64,000 nucleotides of DNA from Eledone cirrhosa (lineage: Eukaryota). The translations under genes were made by a program, and so were the position numbers. Below the pieces are notes generated by a model that worked only from the letters and a program-made list of their open reading frames with translations, was not told where the DNA came from and made no database searches. Each line of letters begins with the position of its first letter. The first letter of the stretch is position 1. Below are positions 12,621-28,952 of this stretch, one piece after another. The stretch is from positions 266,972,001-267,036,000 of the forward strand of contig OZ024741.1 in the NCBI GenBank assembly GCA_964016885.1, in the 5' to 3' direction.

Positions 12621-14470
12621 ATAAATTAATAAAAATAATGAATAAACAAAGAAACAGTTCCTTATATTAAAAAATTCATCATTTTACGATCGTTTCTAGG
12701 ATATATATGTTAGTGTTGGTATGCATATCATATAGATCTATGTAAAATTTTTACAAACTATCAGAACGAATATACATACCTACACATATATATGCTGTCT
12801 TCAGAAATAATGATATTTGTTTATTGAAAAAAACCAACAAAGATTTAATACAATAGGTCTGTTTGGGAACAGGTTTTGAATCGACCAATAGAAAGATAGT
12901 GAAGGTCAAGATGGTAAAATAGTAGTAATAGAACCTTAATTTAGGGGTAGAGGAAGGTAGATTTCAGTTTTGGATGGAAAGAATATTATGAATGAAATAT
13001 TATTTTAGGGATGAAATGGAGTGTGCTCAAAAGGGCCACCCCTTATCAAAATAATAGATATGAATGTAAATTGTATTCCCAAGAACTTTTTGAAATAATG
13101 AAATCTAAGGATATCCTATTAAATAAGCGACAGGAATTAATAATATCGTGTAATCATAAACTGAGAAAAACCTTTAAATATTATAAACCTAATTAATATA
13201 CACTTTAGAAATTATTATAATAACATTTTTTAAAATTTAGTTAACCTATAATTAATATTCTACTACTAATGAACTACATAATTTTATTTCCCTTTTACAA
13301 CTATCTTTTCCTAAAATTGATACCATTAAGTATACATATATACTGTTTTAATTTCAGGTTATGATTCTATGTTCCTTGTAATCTATATATATTTGTTATT
13401 TCTCACTAATAAATTTAACCCCCCCCCCCCAATAATTGTTTTTATTTTTTTTATTTCCCCTCGTTTTTAACAGCACTCTTCAATTACATCTAACTCTTAT
13501 TTATCATATCTATATGCATTAATATAATTTTATCAATATAAATATACCTATCAATTTAATTAACTTATTTTCTTTTCATAGATGTAAATTCCATATATAT
13601 TTTTTTCACTAACACTTTTATCGTAAGATTTTAGTATCCTTAGATATTTACACTGGCATTATTCTTTTATAACAGCAATTTTTCGTGTACCTTTTACCGA
13701 CCTGACCTATTTTCACCCCTAAAATAACCTTTTCATTCATCATACTCCTTCCATTCAAAACTGTAATCTGCCTTCTTCTACCCCTAAATTAAAGTTCCAT
13801 TACTACTATTTTACCATTTAGCCAGTTATTACCTTTCTATTGGTCAATTCAAAACCTGTTCCCATACAGACCTATTATATTAAATCTTTGTTGGTTTTAT
13901 TCAATGAACAAATATAATTATTTCTGAAGACAGCATATGACCTATTTTTATCCCTAAAATAATCTTTCATTCATAATATTCTTTCCATCCAAAACTGAAA
14001 TCTACCTTCCTCTACCCCTAAATTAAGGTTCTATTACTACTATTTTACCATCTTGACCTTCACTATCTTTCTATTGGTCAATTCAAAACCTGTTCCCAAA
14101 CAGACCTATTGTATTAAATCTTTGTTGGTTTTTTTCAATAAACAAATATTATTTCTGAAGACAGCATATATATGTGTAGGTATGTATATTCCTTCTGATA
14201 GTTTGTAAACATTTTACATAGATCTATATGATATGCATACCAACACTAACATATATATCCTAGAAACGATCGTAAAATGATGAATTTTTTAATATAAGGA
14301 ACTGTTTCTTTGTTTATTCATTATTTTTATTAATTTATCTTGACTCTGTTTTCCTGTATTTTTCATCTAAAAAAATTTGTGAATACATCTTCTCTTTTCA
14401 TGATATTCGGATTACATTGAGTTCTTCATACGGATTGGACACTACCGTACATTTTGGTAGATTTATCTAC
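12621..14470 (+). mobile_element. Penelope-like element, family D: 3' fragment with inverted head
   Basis: 12621-13012 is the reverse complement of about 13950-14338. 13011..13196 encodes the endonuclease C-terminus (WSVLKRATPY...CKL...LLNKRQE...CNH). There is an internal tandem duplication (about 13705-13940 and 13940-14165). Confidence 0.85.
14147..14282 (+). ncRNA. Type I hammerhead with ~100-nt stem II domain (family D); inverted copy at 12677-12812
   Basis: tattattt-CTGAAGA-c ag c atatatatgt...acatatatat c ct a-GAAA-cgatcg-TA-aaatgatg. Confidence 0.72.
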
Positions 14471-14547
14471 ATATATAAATATATATATATAGTATATATA
14501 TATACTATATATATATATAATATATATATAATATATATATATATAAT

Positions 14548-16280
14548 ATATTCATTAGTTAAGCAAAGCAAGACCACAAATTTCACTAGAAAGATATTAT
14601 TAAAATATTGTCAACATATTTTAGTTTGATGTAAGCAATGTAGAGAATAATAATAATAATATTAATAATAATAATGTCCGATTACAATTGTTTCGCTACT
14701 CCATATAATATTTCTGGATCAGATGACTATATATCATAATTGATCTGGTTCAGTTGAAAATATCCACAAACGCTTCTTCTCTATCCTATCTAACCCCCCC
14801 CCCCCAACCATAGATATTACAAACTCTTTAATAAAAATCACATTAAAATCTCATTCTCCACAACACCTAACCTAGCTAGCCACATCTCATTCAATAACCA
14901 TCATAAGCTAAGACAATATAACTCCCACACCGCGGTACCACCACAGCTATCAAATACACCACGCCACTACACCAATAATTACTCTAGTAGCACACCTCCC
15001 CCATCTAATCCTTCTAGCACGGACCTACCACTTAGGTTAAACTACCCTACTCTCACTAACCGCAGAAGCAACTGCAACTGCCGTTACCCCAATGCATGCT
15101 CATTAAATGGACACTGCCTGACACCCAACATAGTCTATAGGTGCACGGTTAAAACTGCTTCGAATACCAGCTCTTATATCCGGTCTACCTCTAACCCTTT
15201 TAAGGTACGCTATAACGCGCACTCTTTTTCTCTCCGAGACCCTAGCAACAGATGTTCGACTTCGCTAGCTAGGCTCATTAAAAACCTTAAATTAAACAAC
15301 GTTCAACACTCACTAAAATGAGATATCGTGGCTAGGCCCAACCGTTCAATGGACGATGAAAACCTTGTGATCTCTGTATTACGGAAGCATATTACATAAC
15401 TCTATCACGACCTCTACCGATTAACGATAGAACGGAGGTAACTATTAGCTGTCAACATCGAAGGGCCAATTCCTTAGCCAATAGAATATTTGACCCAACT
15501 TAGTCATGTAGCCACATTTTTACTTGTAGCTAATAAGTTAAATTGCTATGAACAACTTGGATAATTATAAGTTACCTCCCCTACATTGTCTAAAATTAGC
15601 ACTTAAATATAAACACCCACAATTTCTAATCTCTCGAGGAGTTACTTCCCCTGAAACCACCCTCGAATTAGTAAGGTAAATATGCCCTTTGGCAGCCATC
15701 TTGTTACCCATAGGCAGATCTCACACAATGCAGCCTCGACAGATGAATACTGCTGGATTATGGCTGACAACGGATGCCATCAAGACACCATAGTAAAAAC
15801 AAATATATAGAACATTATATTATGTAACATTCTCTCATTATTTTAATTTATATTCCTTTGAAGTTCCGATGAGCCGCTCTGTCTTTTAAATATGTTAATT
15901 ATTTTCATCTGAACCAGATCAATTATAATATATTCATCTGATCCAGAAATATCATATGGAGTAGCGAAACAATTGTAAACGGACATTATTATTATTAATA
16001 TTATTATTATTATTCTCTATATTCCTTACATCAAACTAAAATATGTTGACAATCTTTTAATAATATCTTCCTTGTGAAATTTGTGGTCTTGCTTTGCTTA
16101 ACTAATGAATATTTCCAGCTCTGCGCACCCAACTTCTGCATGAACCCAGCCACCTAGCTGCTTTCTACTGCATATTGCACATTGAGCACATGCCTTCACG
16201 CTTTAGCTTCTAACTAATTCACCAATCTCTCCTCTCCTATCTCCATCTCTCTCTTTAAGATTGGTTACTCTTGAACTGTG
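14548..16280 (+). mobile_element. Penelope-like element, family E: 3' fragment with inverted head
   Basis: 14548-14762 is the reverse complement of 15900-16112. About 15070-15500 reads CNCRYPNACSLNGHC...IVYRC...SYI..TSNPFKVRY...STSLA (degraded GIY-YIG). Confidence 0.85.
15863..15980 (+). ncRNA. Type I hammerhead with long stem II and CCGATGA core (family E)
   Basis: gtt-CCGATGA-gccgctc...gagtagc-GAAA-caattg-TA-aac. It may be a decayed copy. Confidence 0.6.
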
Positions 16281-16331
16281 TATATATATAATATATATAT
16301 ATAAATATATATATATATAATATATATATAT

Positions 16332-17288
16332 ACTAGACATGAAAAATGCGCAAGCTCAAAAGTGCCACAGAATGTTATAATAAACCTTCAAAAGTGTGGG
16401 ACTAGAGTTGTTGCTAAAAAATATTGTAATCATTATATATCGTACATTCTGTGGCATCCTTTATAAAAATAGCTTAAACCAACGAAGCCTTTATTTTTAC
16501 GCTATTTCACTTAGTTAATTCTTAGAGTGTAACATATAAAAATATCATTTACAACTATAAAATAAATTAATTAATATAATAACAGAGCTGCGGAGCTGAA
16601 ATTTAGGAAATAATGGAGTATCGGATCCTGAGTTGGAGCCAGTCAATTTTTGGCCGACTCCGCAGCCCTGTATAATACATTTCATATTAAAGTTATTAAT
16701 AAACCTATTTTACACTTCATGCAAATTACCACGAGATATTGATATTAGATATAAGATACAGCGCAATATCTACAGCTGTAAAAGTACGAAAGCGAAGTAA
16801 TAATAAGTGGCTTAAGGTAATTCCAATATGAAAGTTTGTAGTGATAAAAATTTGATAATGCAATACGATTGTTAATATTATAGTTCTATGAAAATGTAAC
16901 AATAGATAACTAAATTATTTTAATATTAGTATATTTAAGAAATTATCATTATAGATTTGATCGTTCATATAAGCATCATATTAAGTTTCAACACAATTAT
17001 TTTGTTACTATGAGTATATGATAATAATATTACGTAATTATTTATAGCTGTTATTACATTAAACATAGATGTATTTATTTTTATATGTTACACTCTAAGA
17101 ATTAACTAAGTGAAATAGCGTAAAAATAAAGGCTTCGTTGGTTTAAGCTATTTTTATAAAGGATGCCACAGAATGTACGATATATAATGATTACAATATT
17201 TTTTAGCAACAACTCTAGTCCCACACTTTTGAAGGTTTATTATAACATTCTGTGGCACTTTTGAGCTTGCGCATTTTTCATGTCTAGT
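16332..17288. repeat. 213-bp inverted repeat pair around a ~530-bp AT-rich spacer (unclassified element)
   Basis: 16332-16544 appears to be the exact reverse complement of 17076-17288. The termini are actag...ctagt. Confidence 0.85.
16583..16670. mobile_element. hAT-type MITE remnant
   Basis: TIRs cagagctgcggag / ctccgcagccctg. The 8-bp flanks tataataa / tataatac match at 7 of 8 positions, as expected for a hAT target-site duplication. Confidence 0.7.
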
Positions 17289-17884
17289 TTAATATTTTTT
17301 TAAGGCAACGCTTGTAATAACTCTAGTTAAACAGGATATATATTAATAATAAATTATCGTTGTAATGTAATTAGATTATGTAATTGTTATTATAAATTAT
17401 CTTATAAATATTAGTGTAAGATGTATACAAATATTTTCAGACTTTTAATATAAACAACTACAAAAAACAATCAATATTAAATCAATATATTATACATAAT
17501 AGAAAACATAAAATATACAATACAAAAACAAAATATTTACATACAATTGCAATTATCAGTGTATATACATTTTCTTTATATTCCCTGAGCAAATTAATAA
17601 GATTTGTTTTTATTGTACATAATTTGATGACTTGTTGGAGTGTATTAAAAGATAGCAACAATTTGTGATTAAATTGTTATCTTAAGCAACTCACTTTTTA
17701 ATAGTTGTTGGCTGAGCGAAATTGTAAAAGCCTATGAGCAAATATAAAAAAAAATACACAAACAACATTTCCTTGTGTTATTACAACATTAGATAAAATA
17801 ATTGAGCAATGTCGTTATATTTTGCTCTTATTGCACATTAATAGTGTTTCTATTTTTCGGCACAAATCCATTACGGCAGTCCAT

Positions 17885-18008
17885 TACTGGTACTTTATTT
17901 TATCGAATTAGTAAGTATGAAAGTCGAAGTTAACCTCGGCAGGATTTGAACTTAGAATGCAAAGGACCATAACAATACTGCAAAGCATGGTGTCTGACGC
18001 TCTACCAA
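17885..18008 (-). mobile_element. Degraded tRNA-derived SINE
   Basis: Minus strand reads tggtagagcg (A box), gttcaaatcct (B box), then ctttcat...cgataaaataaagtaccagt. Confidence 0.6.
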
Positions 18009-18405
18009 TACTTGTGTTGAGCTGGTCATTAATTTATGGTGGTCGTGCGTGGAGTAGAGCAATCGCTAGTTGAAATATTATGAACAAAACATTTTTATTT
18101 GCCGAAGAACATATTTTCAATACTGTTTGTGAATGTGACGAAGGAAATACATTCTGATATGGAACAGTGTACAAAGTGTGTCTGTGAATAACATAATGTT
18201 ACCTCATGTTGTTGTCAAGACATAATGGATTTCGTATATCCAGTTAGAAGATGAAACCTAGCCATCTCGGATTAGTTATATTTCATGCCATGTGTAAACG
18301 TGTTTGAGGATAGCAAAATATGCGCGTTAATTATAATAATTAGTTAATAATATTACAAAATATACCTAATTAAACTCTTTGCTTGAAATTTTATCATTCT
18401 TCGTT

Positions 18406-18440
<35 letters not shown>

Positions 18441-18817
18441 GGAGAGAGATTTATCTAGTCCTTCGCTCAAGATTAATCTATAAGTTTAGATGTTTGCCTT
18501 CGTTTAAGTAAATATTACAGTAAGATTTTTAATATAAACAACTACAAAAAACAATTAATATTAAAACGAAAAAATTATCAATGATAAAAGAAGCGGATGC
18601 AACTTTTTTTTTTATAAAGTTATATTCCTGTTTCTTTAAAGAACATTTCATTTTTGTTCTATTGTAGGCGAAATAATGCAATGGTTTAATAGGGAAGATA
18701 TAACTTACGAATTATGTCTCTAACCGTGTAACGCTTTTTAAGTAGATAACTACAATTGAAAATACTAAAGAAATGGAACCAACAATTCAATTTGAAAGTC
18801 GTCTAGTGACAGTGTAT

Positions 18818-18862
18818 TACTGGTACTTTATTTTATCGACCCCGTAACGATGAAAGGCAAAA
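18818..18862 (-). mobile_element. SINE body fragment
   Basis: Reverse complement reads ttgcctttcatcgttacggggtcgataaaataaagtaccagt. Confidence 0.55.
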
Positions 18863-19978
18863 ATGCAAATGCTTAAAATTTAAATTGCCTTAATTCTATC
18901 GTCTGCTGTTTCATTAAAGGGAGATTCTCGTCTGTATTTAATTCTATCGTCTACTGTTCCACTAAACAGATATACCTCCACTATCGTCTCTATTTATACA
19001 TTTTAACTTATAACTTATACACATTTGATTTGAAATATTTTATCTAGTCCCCCCTCTCAATATTATGATGATTTCTTTCGAATGAAACATTTCTAGTCCT
19101 GTAGAAACCATTTATATATATAATTGAACTGAGTTAAAAATTCACAATATTTATAATTAAATAAGCTCATATATATATGTGTGTATTTATCTGTTTATTG
19201 TATTATATATAATGTGTGTATATACAGGATGTCCCCCAAAAATATATACACACTTCAACAGCATTCTAATAACTATTGCCTGTACAGGTAATCAAAGTGT
19301 CAATCGAATGTTAGTTTCGTGTTTTAACAGTACAAATTTACAATACACACATAAAACCAGTGTATATACATACATGAGTGTGTATACACATACATGAATG
19401 TGTATATACAATATATATGTATATAGACATATATATTCACGGTGCAACGGTACATTAAAATATAGATGCGGGAGAGGGGGGGGTGTATATATAGGGGCGC
19501 TGGGGATAAAGGAGTGTAAAGCGTGTGTAATTGATATATTGAAGGAGAGGAGCGTGCAGCGATAGAGTAACAAATATATAGAGAGGGGGAGAGATGGTAT
19601 TGAAGGGGAGGAGTGCAAAGCGAAAGAGTAAGAGATATATATAGAGACGGAACAGATAGAGAGAAACAGGCGTAAGTAACAGTGGAAGAGATATAGAGAG
19701 AGGTACTCTGATTGGTTGAAAATTAGCCAATGACATACGATCACCACCACCACGGCTATCCCCGAAAAATTTTTTAAGAAGCTACGCATATATGTTAGAA
19801 CACGAAAAGTGAACATTCTGTTGTTTCACACTTTTCGTGTTCTAACAGATAATATATTTATATAAATATATATAATATATATATATATAATATATATATA
19901 TATAATATGTATATATAATATATATATATATATATAAATATATATATATAATATATATATATATATATAAATATATAT

Positions 19979-20009
<31 letters not shown>

Positions 20010-20107
20010 ATATATATATATATAATATATATATATAATATATATATATAATATATATATATATAATATATATATAATATATATATAAATATATATATAA
20101 TATATAT

Positions 20108-20878
20108 TTCAATATTCCTTGTCTGGCTTTCTGGAGAATAGAGGAAAGGTGTTTCCTCGAAAACCAGTATGACTCTAAAAACCGGTTTGTCTGTGTGTTT
20201 ACATACAGAATAGCTGGGTTACTCACAGTAAAGTAACCAGTGAAAGACTTGTTACATCTACATATGTATACGTGTGTGTATTCATATGCACACTAGTATT
20301 TCAGTATGCATATGTAGATGAACATTTTTAACTTAATTGTTTAAGCGTCAGTCATACAAAAGTGAGTTACAAACGAAACGAAATTTAATTTCGTTTCGTT
20401 ATTTGTTTTTATCGTCTCCGCTGAACCGGTGCGTACTCACACTCTATGCAAATTAGTCTGCCCACTACTAATTTTCATAGAAAAAGCATATAACGATATG
20501 TGCTTTTACGATTCTCCAGAAAGGCCGGTAGATAGGTAAATATTGCTGATGAGTTGTAACAACAACGAAACTAGTTCAATATTCCTTGTCTGGCTTTCTG
20601 GAGAATAGAGGAAAGGTGTTTCCTCGAAAACCAGTATGACTCTAAAAACCGGTTTGTCTGTGTGTTTACATACAGAATAGCTGGGTTACTCACAGTAAAG
20701 TAACCAGTGAAAGACTTGTTACATCTACATATGTATACGTGTGTGTATTCATATGCACACTAGTATTTCAGTATGCATATGTAGATGTACATTTTTAACT
20801 TAATTGTTTAAGCGTCAGTCATACAAAAGTGAGTTACAAACGAAACGAAATTTAATTTCGTTTCGTTATTTGTTTTTA
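20108..20878 (+). mobile_element. Diverged 1.6-unit copy of the 467-bp HHR repeat (retrozyme-like); HHR at 20539-20583
   Basis: Same unit as 25733-30910 with scattered substitutions. HHR reads aatattg-CTGATGA-gttg taacaa caac-GAAA-ctag-TT-caatatt. Flanked by (TA)n. Confidence 0.9.
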
Positions 20879-20888
20879 TATATATAAT

Positions 20889-20950
<62 letters not shown>

Positions 20951-21074
20951 AATATATATATATAATATATATATTAATATACATATAAATATATATATAT
21001 ATATATATAATATATATATATAATATATATATAATATATATATTAATATATATATAAATATATATATATAAATA

Positions 21075-21300
21075 TACGATATTAACAAATGGAAACTATA
21101 TTTATAAAACCATATTTATTTCATTATATATATTTCAAGGACACCAAGTTAAATTATGGTGTGCTTTCATCAGATAAAATATAATATAGAGCAGTTTTAT
21201 AAATAAATATTGACATACCCTTAAAGAATGCAACCATTACTGTTGGAAGCTCCCGGATAGTGGAGTTATAACTTTATTAATACTATTATGTAAATTTGTA
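21075..21300 (-). mobile_element. PLE family C/G 3' end with HHR at 21117-21181, cut by the assembly gap
   Basis: tattttat-CTGATGA-aag c acacca...tggtgt c ctt-GAAA-tatata-TA-atgaaata. Confidence 0.8.
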
Positions 21301-21500
21301 NNNNNNNNNNNNNNNNNNNNNNNNNNNNNNNNNNNNNNNNNNNNNNNNNNNNNNNNNNNNNNNNNNNNNNNNNNNNNNNNNNNNNNNNNNNNNNNNNNNN
21401 NNNNNNNNNNNNNNNNNNNNNNNNNNNNNNNNNNNNNNNNNNNNNNNNNNNNNNNNNNNNNNNNNNNNNNNNNNNNNNNNNNNNNNNNNNNNNNNNNNNN
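21301..21500. other. Assembly gap (200 N)
   Basis: Run of N. Confidence 1.
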
Positions 21501-25732
<4,232 letters not shown>

Positions 25733-25734
<2 letters not shown>

Positions 25735-28700
25735 GTAGATGTACCAAGTTTTTTCACTGGTCACTTTACTGTGAGTGGCCAGCTATTCTGTATGTAAACA
25801 CACAGACAAACCGGTTTTTAGAGTCATACTGGTTTTTGAGGAAACACCTTTCCTCTATTCTCCAGAAAGCCAGACAAGGAATATTGAACTAGTTTCGTTG
25901 TTGTTACAACTCATCAGCAACATTTACCTATCTTCCGGCCTCTCTAGAGAATCGTAAAAGCACATAGCGTTATATGCTTTTTCTATGAAAATTAGTAGTG
26001 GGCAGACTAATTTGCATAGAGTGTGAGTAAGTACCGGTTCAACGGAGACGATAAAAAAAAATAACGAAACGAAATTAAATTTTGTTTCGTTTGTAACTCA
26101 CTTTTGTATGACTGACGCTTAAACAATTAAGTTAAAGATGTACATCCATATATGTATACTGAAATACTAGTATGTATATGAATACACACACGTATACATA
26201 TGTAGATGTACCAAGTTTTTTCACTGGTCACTTTACTGTGAGTGGCCAGCTATTCTGTATGTAAACACACAGACAAACCGGTTTTTAGAGTCATACTGGT
26301 TTTTGAGGAAACACCTTTCCTCTATTCTCCAGAAAGCCAGACAAGGAATATTGAACTAGTTTCGTTGTTGTTACAACTCATCAGCAACATTTACCTATCT
26401 TCCGGCCTCTCTAGAGAATCGTAAAAGCACATAGCGTTATATGCTTTTTCTATGAAAATTAGTAGTGGGCAGACTAATTTGCATAGAGTGTGAGTAAGTA
26501 CCGGTTCAACGGAGACGATAAAAACAAATAACGAAACGAAATTAAATTTTGTTTCGTTTGTAACTCACTTTTGTATGACTGACGCTTAAACAATTAAGTT
26601 AAAGATGTACATCCATATATGTATACTGAAATACTAGTATGTATATGAATACACACACGTATACATATGTAGATGTACCAAGTTTTTTCACTGGTCACTT
26701 TACTGTGAGTGGCCAGCTATTCTGTATGTAAACACACAGACAAACCGGTTTTTAGAGTCATACTGGTTTTTGAGGAAACACCTTTCCTCTATTCTCCAGA
26801 AAGCCAGACAAGGAATATTGAACTAGTTTCGTTGTTGTTACAACTCATCAGCAACATTTACCTATCTTCCGGCCTCTCTAGAGAATCGTAAAAGCACATA
26901 GCGTTATATGCTTTTTCTATGAAAATTAGTAGTGGGCAGACTAATTTGCATAGAGTGTGAGTAAGTACCGGTTCAACGGAGACGATAAAAACAAATAACG
27001 AAACGAAATTAAATTTTGTTTCGTTTGTAACTCACTTTTGTATGACTGACGCTTAAACAATTAAGTTAAAGATGTACATCCATATATGTATACTGAAATA
27101 CTAGTATGTATATGAATACACACACGTATACATATGTAGATGTACCAAGTTTTTTCACTGGTCACTTTACTGTGAGTGGCCAGCTATTCTGTATGTAAAC
27201 ACACAGACAAACCGGTTTTTAGAGTCATACTGGTTTTTGAGGAAACACCTTTCCTCTATTCTCCAGAAAGCCAGACAAGGAATATTGAACTAGTTTCGTT
27301 GTTGTTACAACTCATCAGCAACATTTACCTATCTTCCGGCCTCTCTAGAGAATCGTAAAAGCACATAGCGTTATATGCTTTTTCTATGAAAATTAGTAGT
27401 GGGCAGACTAATTTGCATAGAGTGTGAGTAAGTACCGGTTCAACGGAGACGATAAAAACAAATAACGAAACGAAATTAAATTTTGTTTCGTTTGTAACTC
27501 ACTTTTGTATGACTGACGCTTAAACAATTAAGTTAAAGATGTACATCCATATATGTATACTGAAATACTAGTATGTATATGAATACACACACGTATACAT
27601 ATGTAGATGTACCAAGTTTTTTCACTGGTCACTTTACTGTGAGTGGCCAGCTATTCTGTATGTAAACACACAGACAAACCGGTTTTTAGAGTCATACTGG
27701 TTTTTGAGGAAACACCTTTCCTCTATTCTCCAGAAAGCCAGACAAGGAATATTGAACTAGTTTCGTTGTTGTTACAACTCATCAGCAACATTTACCTATC
27801 TTCCGGCCTCTCTAGAGAATCGTAAAAGCACATAGCGTTATATGCTTTTTCTATGAAAATTAGTAGTGGGCAGACTAATTTGCATAGAGTGTGAGTAAGT
27901 ACCGGTTCAACGGAGACGATAAAAACAAATAACGAAACGAAATTAAATTTTGTTTCGTTTGTAACTCACTTTTGTATGACTGACGCTTAAACAATTAAGT
28001 TAAAGATGTACATCCATATATGTATACTGAAATACTAGTATGTATATGAATACACACACGTATACATATGTAGATGTACCAAGTTTTTTCACTGGTCACT
28101 TTACTGTGAGTGGCCAGCTATTCTGTATGTAAACACACAGACAAACCGGTTTTTAGAGTCATACTGGTTTTTGAGGAAACACCTTTCCTCTATTCTCCAG
28201 AAAGCCAGACAAGGAATATTGAACTAGTTTCGTTGTTGTTACAACTCATCAGCAACATTTACCTATCTTCCGGCCTCTCTAGAGAATCGTAAAAGCACAT
28301 AGCGTTATATGCTTTTTCTATGAAAATTAGTAGTGGGCAGACTAATTTGCATAGAGTGTGAGTAAGTACCGGTTCAACGGAGACGATAAAAACAAATAAC
28401 GAAACGAAATTAAATTTTGTTTCGTTTGTAACTCACTTTTGTATGACTGACGCTTAAACAATTAAGTTAAAGATGTACATCCATATATGTATACTGAAAT
28501 ACTAGTATGTATATGAATACACACACGTATACATATGTAGATGTACCAAGTTTTTTCACTGGTCACTTTACTGTGAGTGGCCAGCTATTCTGTATGTAAA
28601 CACACAGACAAACCGGTTTTTAGAGTCATACTGGTTTTTGAGGAAACACCTTTCCTCTATTCTCCAGAAAGCCAGACAAGGAATATTGAACTAGTTTCGT

Positions 28701-28944
28701 TGTTGTTACAACTCATCAGCAACATTTACCTATCTTCCGGCCTCTCTAGAGAATCGTAAAAGCACATAGCGTTATATGCTTTTTCTATGAAAATTAGTAG
28801 TGGGCAGACTAATTTGCATAGAGTGTGAGTAAGTACCGGTTCAACGGAGACGATAAAAACAAATAACGAAACGAAATTAAATTTTGTTTCGTTTGTAACT
28901 CACTTTTGTATGACTGACGCTTAAACAATTAAGTTAAAGATGTA
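25733..28944 (-). repeat. 467-bp tandem array, left arm (about 6.9 units); HHRs on the - strand at 25880-25924 plus n x 467 (7 copies)
   Basis: Exact 467-bp period (ORF track repeats at 25775, 26242, 26709 and onward). Each unit carries a minimal type I hammerhead. Confidence 0.95.
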
Positions 28945-28952
28945 CATCCATA

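Noticed and set aside
17290-19200. Possible host exons in the least repetitive stretch
   Set aside because: No ORF or convincing splice-bounded coding segment, only decayed SINE pieces.
19222-19260. Tc1/mariner-like TIR (tacaggatgtcccccaaaa)
   Set aside because: No matching second TIR or transposase was found.
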